A stretch of DNA of 64,000 nt from Verrucomicrobiia bacterium. Lineage in GTDB: Bacteria; Verrucomicrobiota; Verrucomicrobiia; Limisphaerales; UBA11358. Shown one piece after another: positions 56,557 through 64,000 of this stretch (its first letter is position 1; each line of letters starts with the position of its first letter). The notes beneath the pieces were generated by a model. It was not told the DNA's origin. It worked only from the letters and a program-made list of their open reading frames with translations, and ran no database searches. The stretch lies in assembly GCA_036490655.1 (NCBI GenBank), contig DASXDM010000039.1, forward strand, positions 2,559 through 66,558, written 5' to 3'. A program made the translations under genes and the position numbers.

Positions 56557-58431
56557 ATGGACGATCTGAAAAATCCGCCGAAATCGAACGGCGCACTGCA
56601 AACATTGGGCGACATGGACATGTTTGAGGCGTTATTCGACGTCATTCCCGATCCGATTTTGGTAAAAAACTGTGATGGACGTTACGTGTGGGGCAATCGC
56701 GCCAAGATGAGAGAGCTGGGCGTGCGCAATTTGGCGGAAATTGTCGGCAAAACCGCCTTTGATTTTTTTGAGCCTGCGATGGCGGATAGTTTCAAGGCCG
56801 ATGAAGAGCAGGTCATGAAAACCGGCCAATCGATCATCAACCGGCGCGAAGAAGTGATCGAACCGGACGGCACCATTCATTGGCATTTGACCACCAAGCT
56901 GCCCTGGCGTGATAGCAACGGAAAGATCCAGGGGTTGATCTCCATCAGCCGCGACGTGACTGCCCGGGTCGAGGCCGAATCAAAATTGCAGAAAGAGCGC
57001 AATCTGCTCCGCACCTTGATCGATAATCTCCCGGATTGTATTTACGCGAAGGACATGAACGGGAAGAAGGTCATGGCTAACCCCGCGGACCTGAAAAATT
57101 TGGGTTGTGCCACGGAATCCGATGCGATTGGTAAGACCGATTTCGATTTTTTTCCGAAGGAGATAGCGGAACATTTGATTGCCACGGAAGAATCCGTATT
57201 AAAAAATGGAGTTCCCCTGTTCAACCACGAGGAACCGATCACGCGCCCGGACGGGGAGAAACGCTGGATCTTGACTTCAAAAATTCCCTGGCGCGACGCC
57301 ACCGGCAAGATCATCGGGCTTATCGGCATCGGACGCGATATTCAGGACCAAAAAGTGGCGGAAATGAAACTGCAGGAAGAGCGCAACCTGCTCCGGACGC
57401 TGATAAACAATTTGCCGGATGGTATTTACGCCAAGGACGCCGAAGCGCGCAAAGTTCTGGCCAACCCGGCCAATTATAAACGGATCGGATTCGATTCTGA
57501 AGCCGGCGTGATGGGCAAAACTGATTTTGATTTTTTCCCAAAAGAAATCGCGGAAGCTTTTTTTGCAGACGACCAGGTGGTCCTTAAAGAGGGCAAGACG
57601 ATCATCAATCGCGAAGAGAAAGCAGTCTCCAAGGACGGCAAGACATATTGGTTGCTGACTTCGAAAATTCCCTGGCGCGACGCTACCGGCAAGATCATCG
57701 GGCTCATCGGCATCGGGCGGGACATCACCGAGAGAAAAAATATGGAAGCGCAAGTGGCGCAGGCGCAACGGATGGAGAGTATCGGGCGGCTGGCCACCGG
57801 GATCGCGCATGACTTGAATAATATCCTGGCGCCGATCTTGATTTCGATCGAGATGCTGCGGGATAAGCTGCAGGATGAGGAATATCTTCAGATGCTGGCC
57901 AAAGCCGAGGCCAGCGCGCATCGTGGCGCGGATATCATCAAACAGATGCTCTGGTTCAGCCGCGGCCTGACCGGGCAGCGCAGCCCGGTAAATCTCCAGC
58001 AACTTATCGGGGAGATTGCGCTGTTCACTTCCGAGAGTTATGGCAGGTCCATCCATGTGGAAAAAAAGATTGCGACCGATTTGGGGACAATCGTTGGGGA
58101 TTTTGCGCAATTGCACCAGGTGATGATGAACCTTTGCACCAACGCGCGCGAAGCCATGCCCAACGGCGGTACGCTGACCATCGGCGCGCGCAATGCCACC
58201 GTGGACAGCCACCGTTATGTGGTCCTGGAAGTGTCCGACACTGGCGTCGGCTTTGCCCCGGAATTGGCTACCCGGATTTTTGAACCTTTTTTCACCACGA
58301 AATCCGTGGGTCATGGGCTGGGCCTTTCCACCGTCCATTCCATTGTTAAAAACCACGGCGGTTTTGTTAAAGCTGAAAGCCAACCGGGTCACGGGGCGAC
58401 CTTCCTGGTCCATCTCCCCGTTCAGAACTAA
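56557..58431 (+). CDS. cytoplasmic sensor histidine kinase with three tandem PAS domains
   Basis: Three units of about 123 aa end in ...KLPWRD..GKI.GLI.I.RDIT. HisKA is RLATGIAHDLNNILAPI. The HATPase has N-box MNLCTNAREAM and G-boxes DTGVGF and GHGLGLS. No response regulator is adjacent. Confidence 0.9.
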   Translation: MDDLKNPPKSNGALQTLGDMDMFEALFDVIPDPILVKNCDGRYVWGNRAKMRELGVRNLAEIVGKTAFDFFEPAMADSFKADEEQVMKTGQSIINRREEVIEPDGTIHWHLTTKLPWRDSNGKIQGLISISRDVTARVEAESKLQKERNLLRTLIDNLPDCIYAKDMNGKKVMANPADLKNLGCATESDAIGKTDFDFFPKEIAEHLIATEESVLKNGVPLFNHEEPITRPDGEKRWILTSKIPWRDATGKIIGLIGIGRDIQDQKVAEMKLQEERNLLRTLINNLPDGIYAKDAEARKVLANPANYKRIGFDSEAGVMGKTDFDFFPKEIAEAFFADDQVVLKEGKTIINREEKAVSKDGKTYWLLTSKIPWRDATGKIIGLIGIGRDITERKNMEAQVAQAQRMESIGRLATGIAHDLNNILAPILISIEMLRDKLQDEEYLQMLAKAEASAHRGADIIKQMLWFSRGLTGQRSPVNLQQLIGEIALFTSESYGRSIHVEKKIATDLGTIVGDFAQLHQVMMNLCTNAREAMPNGGTLTIGARNATVDSHRYVVLEVSDTGVGFAPELATRIFEPFFTTKSVGHGLGLSTVHSIVKNHGGFVKAESQPGHGATFLVHLPVQN

Positions 58432-58531
58432 CGGCAAGGGCGATTTGGCGGGGATTCCAAAAATCCTTTGAAATTATCATTGCCCGTTTGAGCGCTTTCC
58501 ATTAGCTGTTAATCAAATAGAAACAGAAATT

Positions 58532-59188
58532 ATGACTAATCCAGAAATCATTTTAGCTGAACCAGCCGGAGTGGCGGTCGCGGGCATCGGGGTGGCGGTC
58601 ATCCTCCTGATTATTTTCGCCGTCGTTGCCATCGTGCTCATCGGCTTCGTTATCGGCGTTTATAACAAACTCGTCACCATGCGTAATCGTTATAAAAACG
58701 CCTACGCCCAAATCGACGTCCAATTGAAACGCCGTTATGATCTTATCCCCAATCTGGTTGAAACGGCCAAGGGTTATATCAAGCACGAGCGCGAAACGCT
58801 CGAAGCCGTCACCCAGGCGCGCAATATCGCCTACGCCGCTTCCAAGACTGCCGCCGCCAATCCCGGCGATGCCAGCGCTGTCAAAAGTCTCTCCGCGGCC
58901 GAGTCCGGCCTGGCCGGCACCCTGAGCCGCCTGATGATGGTTTCCGAGGCCTATCCCGACCTGAAGGCGAACCAGAACATGATGCAGCTTACCGAGGAAT
59001 TGACTTCCACGGAAAATAAGATTTCTTTCGCGCGCCAGGCCTACAACGATTCGGTGATGACCTATAACACCGACCGTGAAGTCTTTCCTTCGAACATGAT
59101 CGCCGGAATGTTCAATTTCGGCCCGGCTGAACTGTTTGTCATCGACAAGCCGGAGCAAAAGGACGCGCCGAAAGTCTCGTTTTCGTGA
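58532..59188 (+). CDS. LemA-family membrane protein
   Basis: N-terminal TM, then YNKLVTMRNRYKNAYAQIDVQLKRRYDLIPNLVETAKGY...EAYPDLKANQNMMQL, a typical LemA sequence. Confidence 0.9.
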   Translation: MTNPEIILAEPAGVAVAGIGVAVILLIIFAVVAIVLIGFVIGVYNKLVTMRNRYKNAYAQIDVQLKRRYDLIPNLVETAKGYIKHERETLEAVTQARNIAYAASKTAAANPGDASAVKSLSAAESGLAGTLSRLMMVSEAYPDLKANQNMMQLTEELTSTENKISFARQAYNDSVMTYNTDREVFPSNMIAGMFNFGPAELFVIDKPEQKDAPKVSFS

Positions 59189-59256
59189 TCTGTTAAAGGG
59201 TTGAATCGTTGGATCAGAAACGGTTCAATGGTTCGGCGTTTCAACGATTTAACGAT

Positions 59257-61209
59257 ATGGACTTCTTTGCCCAACAAGAGAAAGCCCGCAAAAAGACTAA
59301 ATGGCTGGTGCTCTATTTTTCGATCGCGGTGACTCTGATTATCGCGGCGATCTATTGCATCGTATTTTTCGCCTGCTCCCTGGGCGGCCATCATCGGGCA
59401 TATTATATCGACAGCCAGTCGCCGCAGGTGTCCTGGTGGGACTCGCAAATTTTTCTATTCACCGCTTTTGGGACCCTTGCGGTGATTTTGGGCGGGAGTG
59501 CATGGAAAATCCAGCAATTGTCCGGAGGGGGCAGCGCGCTGGCGGAATCGCTTGGCGGACGCCTGGTTGCCTCCAATACCACCGACCCTGACGAGCGTAA
59601 ACTGCTGAACGTCATCGAAGAAATGTCCATCGCCTCGAGCGTGCCCATGCCGCAGGTGTATGTGCTGGACCAGGAGCAGGGCATCAACGCCTTTGCGGCC
59701 GGCCATTCCACCAGTGATGCCGTTGTGGCGGTCACCCACGGTTGCGTAAAGTTGCTTTCGCGGGATGAATTGCAGGGCGTCATCGGCCATGAATTCAGCC
59801 ATATCTTGAATGGCGACATGCGGTTGAACCTCCGCCTTATTGGGATTCTCTTTGGAATTCTTTGCATCGCCACCATTGGCCGCATCTTTTTGCGCGCTCG
59901 CGGTCGAAATGCGGGAGGGATAGTGATGTTCGGCGTTTTAGTCTGGTGTGTCGGCTCGATTGGAGTGTTCTTTGGCCGTCTGATCCAGGCCGCTGTCAGC
60001 CGGCAGCGTGAGTTCCTCGCGGATGCTTCCTCCGTGCAATTTACCCGTAATCCTTCGGGCCTGTCCGGTGCGCTGCAAAAAATCGGTGGTTATGGCTTTG
60101 GTTCAGCGCTCACGTCGGACCATGCGCCGGATGCCGGGCACATTTTTTTCGGCAACGGCATTCCCAATCAGATTTTCGGCATGATGGCTACGCATCCGCC
60201 GCTGGAAGACCGCATCCGCGCCATTGACCAGACCTGGGACGGAAAATTTCCCCGCGTGGATATGACGACAGTGCGCGCTGAGATCGCCAAACAGCAATCC
60301 AAACCCCGTCCGGTTTTCATGGATGGCAAGATGATCGTCCTTGGGGGGATTATGTCGCAGGGAGCGCAGGAACCGCAGGCGCCACTCAAAAAATATGCCA
60401 TCCCGAATATCGGCAATCCCACGCCTTTGCATTTAAAATATGCCGAACAGTTGCGTGATTCGTTGCCTGACACGATTCGCGCCGCGGTGCGCGAACCGCT
60501 GGATGCCACGGCATTGATCTATGCAATTTTGTTGAGCAAAGATGATGACCAACGCGCCCGGCAGTTGGATGAACTTCAAAAGCGGGTGGGTGCGGAGATT
60601 TCCGGAAAGACGGCGGCACTATCTCCGGATGTTTCAAAAATCGCTTCCCACACGCATTTGCCGATGGTCAACCTGGCGCTGGGCGCGTTGAAACAATTAA
60701 CTGTCGAACAATACGGGGATTTTTCAAAAACGTTGGACTGGCTCATCAATTCCGATGGGACCGTCGAGTTGTTCGAATTCGTTTTGCAAAAGATTGTCCT
60801 GCGACATTTGGATTCGCAATTCCATGGCGCGCGCAAGCCGATTGTCCAATATTACGTCATCAAACCGCTGGTGCCGGATTGCGCTCTTTTGCTCTCCGCG
60901 CTGGCAAATCTCAGCAGCAACGATCCGGCTGAGATCCAAAAGGCTTTTGACGCCGGCGCGCCATTCCTGCGTTCACCGGACGACACCGATTTACAATTGA
61001 TCCCGCGGGCGCAATGTGGTTTGGATAAGATTGATGCCGCGCTGAACCGGATGGTGCAGGCGGTGCCGAACATCAAAAAGAACCTTCTGGATGCTTGCGT
61101 CCATGTCATCGGCGCGGACGGCGTGGTATTGGAAGCAGAAGCAGAATTGCTTCGGGCCATTGCCGACACTCTGGATTGTCCCATCCCGCCATACGTGACC
61201 CAGGAGTGA
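59257..61209 (+). CDS. M48-family (HtpX-like) zinc metallopeptidase with a long C-terminal TerB-like helical region
   Basis: TM helices. HEFSHILNGD zincin motif. REFLADASSVQFT (third ligand region). A C-terminal region of about 300 aa ends in IGADGVVLEAEAELLRAIADTLDCP. An alternative TTG start lies at 59209. Confidence 0.85.
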   Translation: MDFFAQQEKARKKTKWLVLYFSIAVTLIIAAIYCIVFFACSLGGHHRAYYIDSQSPQVSWWDSQIFLFTAFGTLAVILGGSAWKIQQLSGGGSALAESLGGRLVASNTTDPDERKLLNVIEEMSIASSVPMPQVYVLDQEQGINAFAAGHSTSDAVVAVTHGCVKLLSRDELQGVIGHEFSHILNGDMRLNLRLIGILFGILCIATIGRIFLRARGRNAGGIVMFGVLVWCVGSIGVFFGRLIQAAVSRQREFLADASSVQFTRNPSGLSGALQKIGGYGFGSALTSDHAPDAGHIFFGNGIPNQIFGMMATHPPLEDRIRAIDQTWDGKFPRVDMTTVRAEIAKQQSKPRPVFMDGKMIVLGGIMSQGAQEPQAPLKKYAIPNIGNPTPLHLKYAEQLRDSLPDTIRAAVREPLDATALIYAILLSKDDDQRARQLDELQKRVGAEISGKTAALSPDVSKIASHTHLPMVNLALGALKQLTVEQYGDFSKTLDWLINSDGTVELFEFVLQKIVLRHLDSQFHGARKPIVQYYVIKPLVPDCALLLSALANLSSNDPAEIQKAFDAGAPFLRSPDDTDLQLIPRAQCGLDKIDAALNRMVQAVPNIKKNLLDACVHVIGADGVVLEAEAELLRAIADTLDCPIPPYVTQE

Positions 61210-61284
61210 GTCTGCCATTTGGCGGGGCGAGACTCGGTCGAGCCGTGAATGACTTCCGTTTTACCCCTGCCTATCGCTTAAGCT

Positions 61285-63711
61285 TTAGGCCTCACGGACA
61301 GTCGCTTGCAATCCGGTTTTAAACGCGTCCAAAATCTTTGCGTGCGCGGTGTTGACTTCCGCATCCGTCAAAGTTTTTTCCGGTGAGCGATAGATGAACG
61401 CATACGCCAGGCTTTTTTGGCCTTCGCCCACATTTTTGCCGCGGAAGACGTCGAATAGTTCGACGCTTTCCAGGTTGGTAGCCTTGGCCTGTTTCACTGC
61501 CTGTAAAACCGAAGCATGAGTCGTCGCTTCAGGCACCAGCATCGCCACATCGCGGCGGATCGCCGGGAATTGCGGGAGAGCTTTGAAAGATTTCGCGGGA
61601 TTTCGCCGCGCCAGAAGTTGGTCCAAATCCAATTCCGCAAGAAAGACTGCATCGCGCAGATCGTATTTTTTCGCGAGGGGCGGCATCAATTGGCCGAATT
61701 CTCCCAGCGGTAATTTTCCACCGAGCGTGATCGCGGCGGATTCAAGGAAAAGTTGTGAATTTCCGGCGTTGGCGAAGGTCACGCCGCGAATGCCGAACTG
61801 TTGAAGAAATTCTTCCAGCAGTCCTTTCAGGTCGAAGATATCCAGTTTGGTGTCGCGGTCGTTGCCGCTCCAAAAGGGCAGGGCGCGTTGCCCGGTCAGG
61901 GCCATGGCCACGCGGCGACCTTCTATGATCGCCCCGTTTTGTCCGCTAAAGACGCGGCCGATCTCAAACAACGCAACGTCATAATTTTTTCGGCTGACAT
62001 TATGGCGCAACGAATGGATCAATCCGGGCAACAGGCTCGGGCGCAAAACATTCATGTCGGAACTCAACGGGTTTGCCAGCGGAACCAACTCGTTTGGCGT
62101 CCGGCATTCCGTATCCGAGACGAGCGTTTGGCCCTGGGCCTCATTGAGACCGAGGCCGGTCAGGATCGTGCGCGCTTCCACGATCTGGTCATAGACGGAA
62201 TCGAAATCATTTTTGCCGATGGCATTGCGCGGCGGCGTGGCGGGAACTTTTTCGAGCCCATAAAGCCGTTCCACTTCTTCGATCAGGTCCACTTGCCGTT
62301 TTAAGTCCACGCGCCAGGTCGGGATCTGGAAAGTGCAAATGCCCGGCGAGTGTTCCGTGACCGCCAATCCGAGTTTTGTCAGGAACGAAGCTTGATCGGA
62401 ATGTGAGATGCTCACGCCGAGCAGCTCTTTGGTTTTCGAAAAATGCAGGGTGACCTGTTTTGGTTCAGCCGGTTTCGGATAGGCATCCACAGCGCCTTCG
62501 GCCAATTCACCCCCGGCTGTCTCCAGGACCAGTTGCGCCGCGCGCCGGCTGGCCCAATCGCAAATCCCCACATCCGCGCCGCGTTCAAAGCGGTAACTGG
62601 ATTCACTTCGCAAGCCGAGCGTCTTGCTGGTGCGCCGGATGTTTGTGGGAAGGAAATACGCGCTCTCAATCAGGACGTCTTTGGTGGAATCGTTGATCTC
62701 CGTGTTTTGGCCGCCCATGACGCCTGCCAGGGCGATGCCTTTTTTTGCATCGGCGATAAGCAACATCTCTTTCGTAAGAGTCCGTTCCTGGTTGTCCAGC
62801 GTCTTGAATTTTTCCTGGTCAGCGGCGCGGCGCACGATGATGGTGGGCTTGCCATCCGGGCCGGCGGCGATGAGATGGTAGTCGAAAGCGTGCAGCGGCT
62901 GGCCGATCTCCAGCATCACATAATTGGTCACATCGACGACGTTATTGATGCTGCGAATGCCGACTTTTTCCAGGGTCGAACGCAGCCATTCCGGGCTGGG
63001 ACCGATCTTAACGCCTTTGACGACTCGCGCGGTGTAGCGCGGGCACAGTTCCGCATCCTCAACTTTTACCGATACCAGGCTTTCAATTTTGGCTCCGGAA
63101 GTTTTAATGTTGGGTTCCGGAATTTTCAGGGGGTTGCCGGTGACCGCGGCGATCTCTCGCGCGATGCCAATGACGCTGTTGAGGTCCGGGCGATTGGGCG
63201 TCACTTCCAGGTCATAGACGACGTCGCTGCCACTGCTACGGCCGAGAAATTCTGCAAACGGTTTTCCAATGGGCGCGTCAGCCGGGAGAATGAGCAGGCC
63301 ATCGATTTTGTCCGGCAGGCCGAGTTCCTGCGGCGAGCACATCATGCCCTGGCTGGTGATGCCGAAAACTTTTCGTTCCTTGATGACAAAGGGTTCTTTC
63401 TCGCCCGGCTTCAGTGGCAATGCGAAATCAGGCAGGATGAGCGGGACTTTATCTCCCGCTTTGTGGTTTGGCGCGCCGCAAATGATGGTGCGTTCACTTT
63501 TGCCGTCATTGACGCGGCAGACGGAGAGTTTATCCGAACCGGGCACGGGATCGCGCGAGAGGATCTGCGCGACGACGATGCCGGCGAACTCGCCGCTGAT
63601 CTTTTGGACGCCCTCGACCTCAAGGCCGAGCATGGTGAGGCGTTCGGTCAATTCCTCCGGCGACCAGTCAAAATCAACGTATTGTTTGAGCCAATTCAGC
63701 GTGACTTTCAT
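61285..63711 (-). CDS. pheT: phenylalanine--tRNA ligase beta subunit
   Basis: MKVTLNWLKQYVDF... with tRNA-binding, B3/4, B5 and FDX-ACB domain order. 808 aa. Confidence 0.95.
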   Translation of the reverse strand: MKVTLNWLKQYVDFDWSPEELTERLTMLGLEVEGVQKISGEFAGIVVAQILSRDPVPGSDKLSVCRVNDGKSERTIICGAPNHKAGDKVPLILPDFALPLKPGEKEPFVIKERKVFGITSQGMMCSPQELGLPDKIDGLLILPADAPIGKPFAEFLGRSSGSDVVYDLEVTPNRPDLNSVIGIAREIAAVTGNPLKIPEPNIKTSGAKIESLVSVKVEDAELCPRYTARVVKGVKIGPSPEWLRSTLEKVGIRSINNVVDVTNYVMLEIGQPLHAFDYHLIAAGPDGKPTIIVRRAADQEKFKTLDNQERTLTKEMLLIADAKKGIALAGVMGGQNTEINDSTKDVLIESAYFLPTNIRRTSKTLGLRSESSYRFERGADVGICDWASRRAAQLVLETAGGELAEGAVDAYPKPAEPKQVTLHFSKTKELLGVSISHSDQASFLTKLGLAVTEHSPGICTFQIPTWRVDLKRQVDLIEEVERLYGLEKVPATPPRNAIGKNDFDSVYDQIVEARTILTGLGLNEAQGQTLVSDTECRTPNELVPLANPLSSDMNVLRPSLLPGLIHSLRHNVSRKNYDVALFEIGRVFSGQNGAIIEGRRVAMALTGQRALPFWSGNDRDTKLDIFDLKGLLEEFLQQFGIRGVTFANAGNSQLFLESAAITLGGKLPLGEFGQLMPPLAKKYDLRDAVFLAELDLDQLLARRNPAKSFKALPQFPAIRRDVAMLVPEATTHASVLQAVKQAKATNLESVELFDVFRGKNVGEGQKSLAYAFIYRSPEKTLTDAEVNTAHAKILDAFKTGLQATVREA

Positions 63712-63848
63712 TGCCGGGGTAGTTTAGCGGAATGGGAAAGCGAAAAGCGAGGATGGAAGATAAGGCCGAAGCGGGCACGCTTCAGGCCGGAGAGCCCATA
63801 TTCGCAGGTGATTTCTTTGGAAGAGCTTTTTCATTTTGAGTCTTAAAC

Positions 63849-63873
63849 GTAACTTCGCGTAACTTCGCGTAAC
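63849..63873. repeat. tandem 10-nt repeat (gtaacttcgc x2.5)
   Basis: gtaacttcgc gtaacttcgc gtaac, read directly. It lies in the non-coding region upstream of pheT. Confidence 0.7.
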
Positions 63874-63884
63874 GAACGGATTAT

Positions 63885-63908
63885 TGGATAAATGGATAAA
63901 TGGATGGA
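63885..63908. repeat. tandem 8-nt repeat (tggataaa tggataaa tggatgga)
   Basis: Read directly. The reverse complement contains TTATCCA twice. Confidence 0.65.
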
Positions 63909-64000
63909 AGGATTGCTGAGAATGCAACCGCCTCCCGCAGGGCGGATGCAGAGAAACGAAGATTGTGGTGGGCCAAAATATCCCGGCTGCAGGCACCCCA

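Noticed and set aside
63885-63908. Two TTATCCA words (reverse strand) resembling DnaA boxes, which could indicate oriC
   Set aside because: There are only two 7/9 matches. There is no AT-rich unwinding element, no dnaA/dnaN nearby and no further boxes, so the evidence for an origin is insufficient.

Overview
GC-rich bacterial chromosomal segment. It is probably from the PVC group (Verrucomicrobiota-like). I infer this from a prepilin-type N-methylation/H-X9-DG protein, secreted FG-GAP and RCC1 propeller proteins, a recurring C-terminal ...Y-x-V-Q-Y-x-x-S/N-L-x-x-W...QQF[FY]RL module, and GC-rich palindromic intergenic elements.

Most of the window is housekeeping:
- fabI (partial), rsmB, rpsB-tsf, ychF
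- psd-pssA followed by a LysE-family gene, and a class-V aminotransferase
- a porin followed by pstSCAB-phoU
- fmt, a guanine/nucleoside deaminase, a P1B-type metal ATPase, GTP-PEPCK
- alaS, class II (B12) ribonucleotide reductase nrdJ, a LOG-family gene, pabB-pabC
- an L,D-transpeptidase, a triple-PAS histidine kinase, and pheT

Accessory content:
- two ParE-family toxin-antitoxin pairs
- a secreted glycine-rich (polyglycine) protein with a small secreted partner
- an S1C protease with a large secreted protein
- a segment between alaS and nrdJ holding parDE, a prepilin-like protein, a GH78 rhamnosidase, a secreted 7-blade RCC1 protein, PadR plus a membrane protein, and a decayed two-gene module
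- a LemA/M48-peptidase pair

I found no rRNA, tRNA, CRISPR array, integrase, transposase or prophage, and no complete known defence system. I cannot point to a clearly novel multi-gene system.

The most unusual signals:
1. Pho-box-like phased repeats in front of the porin and pstS.
2. A GreA core fused to a roughly 470-aa N-terminal extension.
3. The polyglycine protein operon and the shared C-terminal module.
4. A triple 9-mer/alternative-hairpin element and a palindromic promoter upstream of nrdJ.
5. A strikingly G-depleted 5' region with an exact duplicated 15-mer upstream of the LOG gene.
6. A family of short GC-rich palindromic intergenic repeats.

All family names come from motif recognition by eye. 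No database search was run.
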